Below the pieces are notes generated by a model. The model had not been told where the DNA came from. It made no database searches and was given only the letters and a program-made list of their open reading frames with translations. A DNA stretch of 64,000 nt from Lama glama (taxonomy: Eukaryota). The DNA is taken from positions 24,554,001-24,618,000 of the forward strand of contig CM052818.1 of assembly GCA_028534125.1 (NCBI GenBank). The letters run 5' to 3'. The position numbers and the translations under genes are program-made. Below are positions 39,465 through 51,660 of this stretch, piece after piece; position 1 is the first letter of the stretch; each line of letters opens with the position of its first letter.

Positions 39465-41043
39465 TTTGAACTTAGTTTTACAGTCGATTTGGTATTTCCT
39501 CTTTGTTCTTTTTTCTTTTTGTGGTTTGACAATTTTCTTCTGCATTATCTTGGTTTCTTTTTGGGTTTTGTGACTATTGTATGCTTTGGACTTGTGGTTA
39601 CCCTGTTTTTCAAGTGTATTAACCCATTAGTATATCTGTTTGCTTTAAATTGATAGTCATAAACTCACATAGATCCTAAAATGAATGAAAAAAAGAAAAA
39701 AAATTGTATTTTTTTGCTCCCTTCTCCCATCTTTAATGATTTTGATTTTGATGTTCTCTTTTACATCTTCATGTTTATTCTGTTCCAACTCGTTATAGTT
39801 AGTGCCTTTCCAATTATGGTGTTCTCCTTTCTATAGCATCCTGCTTCTTTACTATTTAGAGTAAGCCTTTCACTATTTCGTTTAGCATTGGTTTAGTATT
39901 GCTGAATTCTTTGAGTTTTTGCTTGTCCCTCTGTGAATTCTTTCTCCTTCTATTCTAAAGGATAGCCTTGCTGGATAAAGTATCCTAGGTTGCAGCTTTT
40001 TCTCATTCAGAACTTTGAATATATCTTTCCACTCTCTTCTGGCCTGTAGTTATTGTGCAGAGAAGTTAGCTGAAAGCCTTATGGGGGTTGCCTTGTAATT
40101 AAATCTTTGTTTTTCTCTTGATGCCTTTAGAATCATTTCTTTATCTTTAACCTTGGCCATCTTAACTATAATACGTCTTGGTGGAGGTCTGTTTGGTTCT
40201 TCTTGTTGGGGACCCTCTTTTCTTCCTGTACTTGGATATCTGATTGCTTCTTTAGGTTTGGGAATTTTCAGTCATGATTTCTTCAAATACCTTTTCAATC
40301 TCCTTTGTTCATTCTTCTTCTGGGACCCCTATGATGCATAGATTGGCACACTTTATATTATCCCATGTATCCCTTACATTGTTTTCATTGGTTTTTACTT
40401 GCTTTTCTGTCTGCTGTTCTGATTGGGTGACTTCTGTTAACCTGTATTCTAAGTCATTTATTTGTTCCTCTACATTGTCTGGTCTGCTTTTAACTGCCTT
40501 TAGCTCAGCTCTTATCTCAACCATTGAGTTTTCTATTTTTTTTTTTTCAGTTTTCATGAGTACTTTATATTTTGAGAAATTATGTATATGCTCATAATTT
40601 ATATTAACATTTACAATTTGTTTTATCATTTATTTTTTTCCATTTCTCTGTTTTTGTGGCTGTGATTAACATTTAATAAAAAGCACAGTTGTTAATTTTA
40701 AAGTCTGATTAGTCTGATAACTGTATACACCCAGTAACCACCACCTTAATTAAGATATACAGCATTTCTGCAACAACAGTGGTCCCTTCTCTTTTTTTCC
40801 TCAGTTACTGCCTTGCACCTAGAGAGAAAAATCACTGTCTGGCTTTCATTATCATATGTTAATCTTGTCTGTTTTCAAATTTTGTATAAATGGAATTATA
40901 TAATATGTACTCTTTGTATCTAGCTTCTTTAATTCTGCATGTTTTTGAGGTTCATCTGTTACTGTGTATGTCAATAGTTGATCTTATTACTAAGTAGCAA
41001 TTAATTTCTATGATAACTAATGATTTTGCCCATCTTTTCATGC

Positions 41044-41140
41044 ATTTATTGACATTCATTTATTTTCTGTGTTCCTATTTATTGACATTCATTTATTTTC
41101 TATGTTCTATGACATTCATTTATTTTCTATGTTTTCTATG
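41044..41140. repeat. Short tandem triplication (tgacattcatttattttct[g/a]tgtt)
   Basis: Three visible copies. Confidence 0.8.
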
Positions 41141-41309
41141 TTGAAGTATTAATACAAAAATATTCCCTATTTCTTTATTGGTCTGAGTGGCTTCTTATTG
41201 AATTGTCAGCATTCTTTATATGTTTTTGATATAAGTTCTATATCAGATATGTGTTTTGGAAATACTTTCATAGTCTGTGGCTTATCTTTATTTTCTCAAG
41301 AATTGTTTA

Positions 41310-41640
41310 AAACAGGCTCAAAACAACAAAGATGAATTATTTCTCAATTCTGTGGTTTAGAAATCATGGTGATTTTCCTGCTTGTCTTGCCTAGGATCAC
41401 TTAAATGGCTTAACTGGAAATGGAAGACCCAAAATAACCTACTCACTTGTCTAGAAGTGGGTGCTGTCTATCATTGTGCATGCTACAAGGAGGCCGCCTC
41501 GTCTTCTAGTAAACTAGTTTGAACATCTGCACAAATTGGAGGCCTTAAGATTCCAAGAGAGTGAAAGCAGAAGGTGTGATGCTTCTTAAGTCCTAGTATC
41601 AGAAGAAATGTCACATTAGTTGTGTGGCATTCCATGTTTA
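41310..41640 (-). mobile_element. Old MaLR LTR fragment (MLT1H/I/J-like) within the nested insert
   Basis: ttccaagagagtgaaagcagaagg...cttcttaagtcctag...tcagaag..gtcaca motif. Confidence 0.55.
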
Positions 41641-41659
41641 GTCCCTTTATTATTCTTTA

Positions 41660-42420
41660 TTCACTCCTGATATTTCAGGTTTCCTTCTGGTGTCATTTCC
41701 CTTCTGCCTGAAGAACTTCCTTTGGCAATTTTTAAGATCAGGTCAAACTGGCAACAAAAATCTCTTCATTTTCATTCATCTGAGAATGTCTTGATTTCAC
41801 CTTTGTTCTGGAAGGACAGCTTTGTTGGATGTAGAAATCTGGAGTAATAGTTTTTTCTTTTCACTGCTTTGAAAATGTGACACTTCCTTCTAGGTTCCAT
41901 TGTTTCAACTGAAATATCTACTATTCTTCCTTATAAGTAGTTCATCTTTTCTCTTTTACTACTTTTGAGAGTTTTCCTTTATCTTTAGTTCTCAGAAGTT
42001 TGTTTCTGTTGTGTCTTGGTATGAATTTCTGTTTGGGGTTCACTTAGCTTTTTGTACTTACAAATTTGTATCTTTTGCCAATGTGGGATGTTTTTTGCCA
42101 TTATTTCTTTGAAAATTATTCCATGCCCACATTTTTCTCTTCTCCTTTGGGACTCTGCTGATACAAATGTTAGATGTTTTGTTATTTTCCTACAGGTCCC
42201 TGTGAATCTGTTAATTTCTTTTCAGTCTATTTTCTCTCTTTTGTTCAGATTGGGTTATTTTTACTGTCTTCAAGTTCAGATATTTGCCTTGTGAGAGTAA
42301 TTCTGAATGCTACTCATTGGCCTCTCTAGTGACTTTTATATTGGTTAATGTATTTTTCACTTCTCTAATTTCTATTTGATTTTTTATATCCTCCATTTCT
42401 TTGCTTAGATTTCCTATGAT
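41660..42420 (-). mobile_element. Ancient L1 ORF1-region fragment (L1M-type) within the nested insert
   Basis: tttcccttctgcctgaagaacttcc...tctgagaatgtcttgatttcacc...ttgccattatttctttg. Confidence 0.65.
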
Positions 42421-42429
42421 AGATTAGAA

Positions 42430-43650
42430 AATCACTATTTGTATTAATTGATTCAGGAAAGATCATCAGGAGATGCTAAAATTAATGGATAATGCCTGAA
42501 GAAACAGGGTTTATACATAGTCTCAAAGTTTTGCCCCATAAAATAGTTATTACTTACTAATTGATAAATTAGAAATATCAGTTAATTTTAAAGTGGAGCA
42601 ACTTGGCTTAGATCATTTCAGTCAAATGATAAAAGTTAACATAATCATTAATAGATAGTATTCTGGCCAGAAGTGCATATGCTTAATCTAATCATACAAA
42701 AATAGAAAATGAACCTAAATCGAGGGAAATTATATGAGATAGCTGACCAGAACTCTGAAAATGTTAAGATCATAAGAGATAATGAGGTATTGAGGAATGG
42801 TTCCAAATTAAAGATAACTAAGACACATGACAAGTAGATCAATATATGATCCTGAATTAGATCCTGGACTAGAAACGAAAGGGAGAAAAGAGGAGTTCTT
42901 TTTTGTTTTATGTGCTGGGCTTATTTGTTTTGTTTTTGGTATAAAGAACATTGTTGGGACAACTGGAAATTTTGAGTGGGTCTGTGGATTAGATGGTGGT
43001 GTTGTATGAATACTAATAATGTCTTGCTTTTAATGGCTGTGTTGTAATAGTCGAGTGTATTAGTCTACTAGGACTGTTACAACAAAATATTACAGACTGG
43101 GTGCCTTGAGCAACAGGAATTTATTTTCTCACAGTTCTAGAGGTCAGAAGTCCAAGATTAAGTTGCCAGCCAGGTTGATTTCTGGTAAGACTTCTCTTCC
43201 TGTTTTGTAGGTATCCACCTTCTTATAGTGTCCTCAACAAGGCCTTTCCTTAATGAGCATGGACACTCTTGTTATCTCTTCCTCCTCTTGTAAAGGAATC
43301 AGTCCTATTGGACTGGGGTCCCACCTGTATGACCTCATTTAATCTTAATCACCTTCTTAAATGGCTGTGTTATCAAGTGCAGTCGCACTGGGGATTGGGG
43401 ATTCAACACACAGATTTGAGGGAAACCATTAAATCCATTAAAATTGTCCTTGGTTTTAGGAAATACATACTAAAATATGAGTAATGAGACAGCATGTTTG
43501 CTATATAGTTTAGGAAAAAACTGGAGAGAATATTAAAATAAAAAGTGATAGAATGATAACAATTGGAGAACCCAGGTGAATCGTATATACTTCTTTGTAC
43601 AACACTTGCAACTTTACTGGAAGGTTTAAATTATTTAAAAGTAAAAAAGT
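42430..43650 (+). mobile_element. Ancient L1MC/ME-type 3' UTR fragment, split by MLT1, within the nested insert
   Basis: tgaggaatggttccaaattaaag...gatcctggactagaaa...ttgggacaactggaaattt; resumes ttgtccttggttttaggaaatacatac after the LTR. Confidence 0.65.
43056..43442 (-). mobile_element. MaLR solo LTR (MLT1B-like) within the nested insert
   Basis: tgtattagtctactaggactgttacaacaaaatattacagactgggtg...tctcacagttctagaggtcagaagtccaagat. Confidence 0.85.
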
Positions 43651-44599
43651 AAGGGAAAATGACACCTATATTTCTCTCCACCCATTGCTTGTACCAAAAC
43701 TGATCCAGTGCATCCAGATGCCCAGTCTTTTAGCTTTATCTTCATACCCAAGCCATGAGCTTACGGAAGACAAGCAAGCCTCAGTCTTACCATTTCACCC
43801 CAGATTGCTGAACAAAAGAGTATAAATCCAAGAGAATGGATTTAGTCGTTGAATTCTTCCCTTCTGATTGGGTGACTTCTGTTACCCTGCCTTCTAAGTC
43901 ACGTACTCGTTCCTCTTCATTGTCTAGTCTGCTTTTGACTGCTTTTAGCTTGGCTCTTATCTCAGCCATTGAGTTTTCTGTTTTTAATTGGCTCCTCTTT
44001 ATAGTTTCAGTTTCCTTTATGAAGTAGTCTCTGTCCCTGTTCATAGTCTCTTTTGGTTCCTTCAGTGCTTTGATCACTCCCTTTTTGAAGTCAGGATCTA
44101 GTAGACTAGGCAAGGTCTATTTCATTGATTGTTCTTTCAGGGAATTTCTCTTGTTCTTTTAATTGAGAGTAGTTCCTCTGCTTCATTTTACTTATATCTC
44201 TCTGGCACTATGGATTATGGAGTATCAGTTGTCTACTGTGGTCTTGAAGGGACTTTTTTTTTAAAAAAAGGATGTGTTCCTGTGTAGACTGTGTGCCCCT
44301 AATAATTTTGTCACGAGGTCTCTCTTCAGTATGGATGGTTGCCACATCTTTTTTCTGTGTTGTTGGCTGTTATCCCTTTGATTGAGGTTGTGGCTGGTGC
44401 TGTGGTGACCATATCCTGCCCGGGTTGTTGAGCGGGGCCTCTTTTTGTTTTGTGGTTGTCACAGCCCTGACGGGTCAGGTCTGTTCCCCTCTTGTTGGAA
44501 TGGAGGCTCCCAGACCCGTTTCTGAGCTGCAGTAGGTGGGGTTGGAGAGCTTTAAGTGCTCTTTGTTGACTCTGCCCTTGTCCCCGCTTTAGCTGGAGG

Positions 44600-45737
44600 A
44601 ATGTCAGTGCTCTGGTGTCCTCCAGGTTCTCTGCCCTCAGGGCTACCAGTGCAGTCCTGCCGACTTCTGAGCCGCACACCTGGATCATGGTGCGCTGTCA
44701 GGTCAGCGCAGGCCCCAGTGCCAAACGCTACTCCAGCACTCGCCCCGCCATCTGCACCTGCTCGTTCCAGGGGCCTGCTGGCCGTGCACGGGGTCAGTGC
44801 CGCTCCGAGCGCCGAGTCTGCACAGGGCAGGCGGGCGCACAGAAACGGCCGCGCCAGCCCCCGCCCCCGCTGTGTGCCGGAGCGCCGCTCCTTGCTCGTT
44901 TGTCTTAGAGACGTGTCCACAAAGGCACCCATGGAGCAGAACAGTCCCCTCTGCCTGTGGCTGTAAACAAACCTCAGTCCTGCCTATGAAATTGGGGAAC
45001 CCCCCGGTACAGATTCCGGTTTCAACCCCACCTCCGCCTGCGGGCCGCGCACCAGAGAAGACGGTGCCTGGGGCCTCAGCCCGCCTCCCTTCTCCGGAGA
45101 GCGCGGGTCTGCGGAGACAAAGGCCGGGCCAGGCAGCACTGCGCCCTCCCCTAGTGCACCAGCAGTGGTGCTCGCTTGCTTTTCCTTCTTTCTCTCTTTC
45201 ATTAGGGACCCAGTCTGTTCTGATCTGTATACCCTCCCAGCCACGGCGCACAGCACACTCCAGTGCCCTGAGGTTGCCTGTGTACAGTCGGCCCCAGTCC
45301 TCCTCCAGGCCCGGGCAGCCAGTCCCGGCCCACCCCCACCAGCTCGCGTCTAGGGCTGGGTCGCAGGGACCCTTTGTGCCTGTTTCACTTAATTCTGTCG
45401 GCCAAGGGCTGCTGTGCAGATCCAAGCCTCGGAGGTCCCCCTCCGTCCCCGCTGACCTCTCTGTTGGAGAGGGGAAGCCCGAGCATAAGAGCCATATTCC
45501 TCCTTTGCTGCTCCCTCCCCGCGGTGCATATCCCGCACTAGTTTCCTTTTTCTTCTTTTATTCTCCTACCAGATTAGTGATGAATTTTGTCTTTTGAAGA
45601 AGGCAATGTTCTGTCACAGTTCAGCAGGTGTTCTGAGTGAATGGGTGTGTCCATGGATGTCTCTTGGTGTATTTGTGGGAGAGGATGAGCTAAGAGCATC
45701 CTTCTTCTCCACCATCTGGACCACTCCCCCCCCCCCA
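44600..45737 (-). promoter_or_regulatory. L1 5' UTR internal promoter / CpG island
   Basis: GC- and CpG-rich stretch. The 5' end reads G-run...CAGATGGTGG on the minus strand, a degenerate YY1-type AAGATGGCGG. Confidence 0.75.
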
Positions 45738-46339
45738 ATACTGTACCCTTCTTGAAGGGCCGGGGGCATGTGTGATGAGAGTAGAACCAAAGACTAGCAT
45801 GTTGACTGAGGTTTCTCTATTTCTTCCTCAGTTAAAGAACACTATTGAATAAAATTGATCTCACCATAGTCAGAATCTTCTTTTTCAAGGCCATGTCAAT
45901 TTTTCCCTCTTTATCAAAAAGTGGGTGCATGTTTGCCAAACTTGATAAGGACAGTGAGTAAATGAAAGTATAAATTATTCATAACCTTACCACCTAGAGA
46001 TAAGCACTGTTAATATTTTAATGAATATTTATACATATTAACTGTATACACTGAACTTTACATTGTTTTATAGTGTTCTTTTTTCTCATGACAATAGATT
46101 ATTTTTGTCATTTAATTTCTTTTATTGAATACCTCTTATAAGCTATGTAAGGATAAGTGATATATTCACATTAATTGAAATATTGTGTGTTAATAAGCAC
46201 GATAGAGGGTCACGAGCTGGTTCGGACCTCAGTCTCTAGGCCTCCATGTGGCCTGTGATGAGGACAAACACTGGGCAAGATGCTCCAGGGTTATAATAGC
46301 TATTGGCTAAGTGATTTCATGCTTCAGGTCTTTTTACCC

Positions 46340-46710
46340 AGTAATTCTTTCAACCAATTATTTGTTAAAAATCAGTTATGTACCAGATTATCATATCAAG
46401 TGCTGGATATACGTAGGGTGAAAGCAGTCTCTGCCCTAGTGAGCTTGCAGTTTGCTGAGGTGAATAAAGGTGCACCAGGAAGTAGGAAATGACATAGATC
46501 AGGACGTGTGCTGTCGTGGCTCAGAAAGGGTCACTCTTGTTTCCGTTGGGTGTCTGGGAAGTCCCATGGAGAGCTGCACTTTAACTGAGGCCCTGAAGGT
46601 TGAGTAGATTTTGACATGTGAGACTGGGTATGAGAAAGTGCACAGAATATAAATTTTTGAAGCAAAGAATGTGGAATGAAAGGAACCACTAAGTAGTCTG
46701 GTGTGTTTAG
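46340..46710 (-). mobile_element. L2 fragment
   Basis: ttcttcaaccaattatttg...aagtgctggatatac...gtctctgccctagtgagcttgcag...ctgaggccctgaagg. Confidence 0.6.
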
Positions 46711-46794
46711 AACAGAGAGCTCATGGAAAATAATATTAGGAAAACAAACATTGCGAATTTGTTTCCATCATTTTTTAGTAATCTTATTTCAATT

Positions 46795-49700
46795 TTTCCT
46801 CCAATTTTTGAAAATTGGAGTATAACTGATTTATAATATATTAATTTCACATACACAGCAGTCAGTATTTTTTCAGATAATACTGCATTTAAAGTTATTA
46901 CAAGATAATAGTTGTAACTCCATGTGCTATACAATATATCCTTGTTTCTTACCTATTTTATACACGGTAGTTTGTGTTGCTTAACCCCATATCCCAAATT
47001 TGCTCCCCCTTCCCACTCCCCATTGGTAACCACTGATTTGTTTTCTGTATCTGTGAGTCTGTTTCTGCTTTGCATATACACTTATTTGTATTATTTTTTT
47101 AGATTCCACATATAAGTGATAGCATACAGTATTTGTCTTTCTGTCTGACTTGTTTCACTAAGCGTAATGTTCTCTAGGCCTGCCCACATTTCTGCAAATG
47201 GCAGAATTTCATTCTTTTATGTGGGTGAATAATATTCCAGTGTGTGTGTATGTGTGTATCCAGTTATCTGTTGATGAGCACTTTGGTTGCTTCCATGTCT
47301 TTGGCTACTGTAAATAGCACTGCTGTGAACATTGGACTGTGTGTATCTTTTCAATGTAGCATTTTCTTTTCCTTCAGATATATGCCAGGAGTGGAATTGC
47401 TGGATCATCTGGTAGTTCTATTTTTATCTTTTTAAGGAACCCCCATACTGTTTTCCACTGTGTCTGCACCAATTTACATTCCCACCAACAGTGTAGGAGG
47501 GTTCCCTTTTCTCCACACCCTCTCCAGCATTTGTTATTTGTAGACTTGCTGATGATGGCTATTCTGCCAGGTTTGAGGTGATACCTCATTGTGGTTTTAC
47601 TTGCATTTCTCTAATAATTAGCAGTGTTGAGCATCTTTTCATGTGGCTGTTAGCCATCTGTATAACTTTGGAAAAATGTCTATTCAGATTGTCTGCCCAT
47701 TTTTTGATTGGGTTGTTTTTTGAAATTGAATTGTATGAGTTGTGTGTGTATATTGGATATTAACCCCTTATTGGTCCTAATCGTTTGCAAATAGTTTCTC
47801 TAATTCTGTCAGTTGTCTTTTCTTTTTGTTAATAGTTTCCTTTACTGTGCAAAGGCTTTTAAATTAAGTCTAATTTGTCTATTTTTGCTTTAATTTTTTT
47901 TTGCTTTGAGAGACATATTTTAAAAATGTTGTTATGACTTCTATCAAGAAATATTCTGCCTATGTTCTCTTCTGGGAGTTTATGGTTTCAGGTCTGCCAT
48001 GTAGGTCTCTAATCCATTTTGAGTTTATTTTTGTATGTGGTATTAGAGAATATTCTAATTGCATTCTTTTACATGTAGCTGTACAGTTTTCCCAACTCCA
48101 CTTATTGAAAACACTGTCTTCTCCCCATTGTATATTCTTGCCTCTTTTTTTGTAGACTAAAGACCATAGTTGCATCAGTTTATTTCTGGGCTCTCTGTTC
48201 TGTTCCATTGATGTGTTTTTGTTTTTGTGCTAGTACCATGCTGTTTGGATTACTCTAACACTGTAGTATAGTCTGAGGTCTGGGAGGGTGGTATCTATCC
48301 CTTTGTTCTTTTTCTCAAGATTACTTTGGCAATTTGGAGTCTTTAGTGGGTCCATATGAATTTTAGGATTATTCTACTTTCGTGAAAAATGTCATGGGTA
48401 TTTTGATAGGGATTGCATTCAATCTGTAGATTGCTTTGGGTAGTATGGCCATTTTAACAATATTCTTCTAATCCAAGGACATGGGATATCTTTTCATTTC
48501 TTTGTATCATCTTCAGCTTCCTTCATGAGTGTTTTGTAGTTTTCAGAGAATAGGTCTTTCACCTCCTTGGTGAAGTTTATTTCTAGGTATTTTATTCTTG
48601 ATGGCATTTTAAACAGGATTGTACTTTTTACTTTCTCTGATAGTTCATTATTAGTGTATAGAAAAGCAATAGATTTCTGTATATTAATCTTGAATCCTGT
48701 AGCTATGCTGAATTCACTTACAAATTCTAATAGTCTTTGGGTGGAAACTTAAAGGTTTTCTAAATAATCATGTCATCTGCAAATAGTGTCAGTTTTACTT
48801 CTTCCTTTGCAATTTGGATGCCTTTTATTCTTGTCTAACTGTTGTCACTAGGTCTTCGAATACCAAGTTAAATAGAATCGGCTAGAGTAACCATATTTGT
48901 CTTGTTTCTGAATTTAGAGGAAAGGCTTTCAGCTTTTCAGCACTGAGTATGATGTTAACTGTGGGTTTGCCAAAAATAGTCTTTATTATGTTGAGATATA
49001 ACATCCATAGCAACTTTGAGAGTTTTTATGATGAATGGATGTTATATTTTGTCAAATGGTTTTTCTGCATCTATTGAGATGATCATCTCATATCTAGATG
49101 TGATTTTTATCCTTCCTTTTGTTAATGTGGTACATCATATTGGTTGATTTGCGAATGTTGAACCATCTTTTTTTCATTGGAATAAATCCAACTTAATCAT
49201 GGTGTATGATCCTTTTTATGTATTGTTGGATTTGGTTGGCTAAAATTTTGTTGATGATTTTTGCATCTGTATTCATCAAAGATACTGGCCTGTTAATTTT
49301 TTTGTAGGGTGTTTGTCTGGTTGTGGTATCAGGGTAATGGTGGCCTCATACAATAAATTTGGGAGTGTTCTGTCCTCTTCAATTTTTTGGAATAGTTTGA
49401 GAAGGATAAATATTAGGGGGTTTTTTAAAATATACTTTTGGTAGAATTAAGTGAAGCCATCCAGTCCTAGAATTTGTTTTCTGGGAGTTTTCTTTTTCCC
49501 CCACAAATTGAGTGTACTACCATTGGTCAGTCTGTTCAGGTTGTTCTTGATTCAGTTGTGACAGGTTGTGTGTGTCTAGATATTAGTCCATTTCTTCTAG
49601 GTTGTGCAGTTCGTTGGCGTGTAACTTTTTAATAGTATTCTTATTCTTGCAATTTTTTGTACCTCAGTGGTGTTGGTTATTTCTCCTCTTTCCTTTCCTG

Positions 49701-50129
49701 TTTTATATGGATCCACTCTCTTCTTGGTGAGCCTGGCTAAAGGTTTATAACCCTTGTTTCTCTTTTCAAAAAAACCAACTCTTGGTTTCATTGATCTTTT
49801 CTATTGTTTTTTCTCATCTCTATTCTATTTATTTCCTCTCTGATCTTTATTTCCTTTCTTCTGCTGATTTTGAACTTTCATAGTTCTTGCTTCTAATGTT
49901 GTTTGAGAATTTCCTTGTTCCTTGAGGAAGGCTTGTATTGGTATTAACTTGCCTTTTAGACAGCTTTTGCTGCATCCATCCCATAGATTTTGTAAGGTTG
50001 TGTTTCCGTTTTCATTCTTCCTGAAGTATTTTCTGATTTCCTCTTTGATTTCTCCATTGACCTTTTGGTTTTCAGTAGCATGTTGAGTCTCCATGTGTTT
50101 GCCCTTCCCCTATTTTTCTTTTCTGTAGT
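46795..50129 (-). mobile_element. Second LINE-1 (3' UTR plus degenerate ORF2), cut by the gap
   Basis: ORF2 fragments 47217-47589, 47960-48208 and 49597-50094. RT motif LFADDM (rc of tcatgtcatctgcaaatag, about 48770-48790). Confidence 0.9.
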
Positions 50130-50629
50130 NNNNNNNNNNNNNNNNNNNNNNNNNNNNNNNNNNNNNNNNNNNNNNNNNNNNNNNNNNNNNNNNNNNNNNN
50201 NNNNNNNNNNNNNNNNNNNNNNNNNNNNNNNNNNNNNNNNNNNNNNNNNNNNNNNNNNNNNNNNNNNNNNNNNNNNNNNNNNNNNNNNNNNNNNNNNNNN
50301 NNNNNNNNNNNNNNNNNNNNNNNNNNNNNNNNNNNNNNNNNNNNNNNNNNNNNNNNNNNNNNNNNNNNNNNNNNNNNNNNNNNNNNNNNNNNNNNNNNNN
50401 NNNNNNNNNNNNNNNNNNNNNNNNNNNNNNNNNNNNNNNNNNNNNNNNNNNNNNNNNNNNNNNNNNNNNNNNNNNNNNNNNNNNNNNNNNNNNNNNNNNN
50501 NNNNNNNNNNNNNNNNNNNNNNNNNNNNNNNNNNNNNNNNNNNNNNNNNNNNNNNNNNNNNNNNNNNNNNNNNNNNNNNNNNNNNNNNNNNNNNNNNNNN
50601 NNNNNNNNNNNNNNNNNNNNNNNNNNNNN
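50130..50629. other. Assembly gap (500 N)
   Basis: N run. Confidence 1.
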
Positions 50630-50879
50630 CTGTTCATTCTTATCTTCCTGGGCACTTACTATAGGAAATATCATATCTTCATTCAGTCAACATAATTTCA
50701 TTGTATGTAAGCTACTCATCAAGGTACTTGGGCTAATAATATAATTTTTAAAACATCCCTCCCCTCATGGATTTTCTAGTAAGAAGAGAAAGATAAACTG
50801 AATAATATATGCTTATCACTGATGAACATAACTTGAATAGTGATCAGAAGTGCCAAAGTGTTGAGTTTGTGGTTTTCAA

Positions 50880-51660
50880 TACATCACACCTAGGGCATGG
50901 CTATTATCAAAAGACAAACAATAACAAACTTGTTGGCAAGGATGTGAAGAAAAGGGAATTCTTGCTCACTGTTGGTAGGACTGTACATTGGTGCAGCCTC
51001 TGTGGAAAAAAGTATCAATGTTTCCACAAAACTTTAAAAATTAAACCTCCATAAGATCTAACAGTCCCACTTTTGGTTATATACCCAAAGCAAATGAAAT
51101 CAGGATTTGAAAGAGACCTCTGCACTCAGCATTATTAACAATAGCCAAGGTCTACAACCAACCCAAGTGTCTGAATATTATTGAATATATACATGAAATA
51201 TTCTATATAGAGAGAATAATGAAAATCCTGTCATTTGCAACAACATGAATGAATGTGGAGGACATTATGTTGATAAAACAAGCCAGACTGGGAAAGATAA
51301 ATATTGTATGATCTCACTTATATATGGAATCTTAAAAAAAAATGGAATCTTTAAAAGCAAAGAGTAGAAAGGTGGTTACCAGAAACTGGTAGTGTGGGGG
51401 ATATGGGGAAATGCTGGTCAAATGGTACAGAGTTGTATGTAGGATGAGTAAGTCCACGGCTCTACTGTGCCAGCATGATGACTGTAGTTAATAATACTGT
51501 ATTGAATATTGGAAATATTCTAAGAGAATAGGTTCAAGATGCACTCATCATAGAAAAAATGTTAACTATGTAAGGTGACATGTTAATTAGTGTAAACAGT
51601 AATCATTTCACTATTTTCATGTGTATCAAATCATGCTGTATGTCTTAAATAATACTTTTT
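50880..51660 (+). mobile_element. Old L1 (L1MA/MB-like) ORF2 end plus 3' UTR, sense
   Basis: atggctattatcaaaagacaaacaataacaa...catttgcaacaacatgaatgaat...tgtagttaataatactgtattg. Confidence 0.85.

Larger units (their letters stand above)
40541..43861 (-). other. Retrotransposed non-L1 genomic/RNA segment nested in L1 ORF1
   Basis: T12 tract at 40536-40547, variant poly(A) signal (tttata/tatatt, 40564-40571) and flanking 124-bp direct repeats (40417-40540, 43862-43985). Contents are old repeats. Confidence 0.8.
35467..45737 (-). mobile_element. Full-length LINE-1, antisense to SLC8A1 and degenerate, interrupted by a 3.3-kb insert
   Basis: Poly-T (tail) at 35467. ORF2 about 39464 to 35822 (MTINTHLSIITINVNGL endonuclease start; [12 protein letters not shown] motif; frameshifted). 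ORF1 about 44186 to 39856. CpG-rich 5' UTR to 45737. 16-bp TSD atactgtgcccttctt (35451-35466) / atactgtacccttctt (45738-45753). Confidence 0.95.

Noticed and set aside
40417..43985. The 124-bp duplication as an assembly artefact or CRISPR-like repeat
   Set aside because: The copies differ at about 12% of sites, there is no gap nearby and TPRT hallmarks are present. The DNA is eukaryotic with no repeat-spacer array.
44552..45597. Long ORFs (up to 266 aa) on both strands
   Set aside because: They lie in the GC-rich L1 5' UTR where stops are rare, and resemble no protein I recognise.
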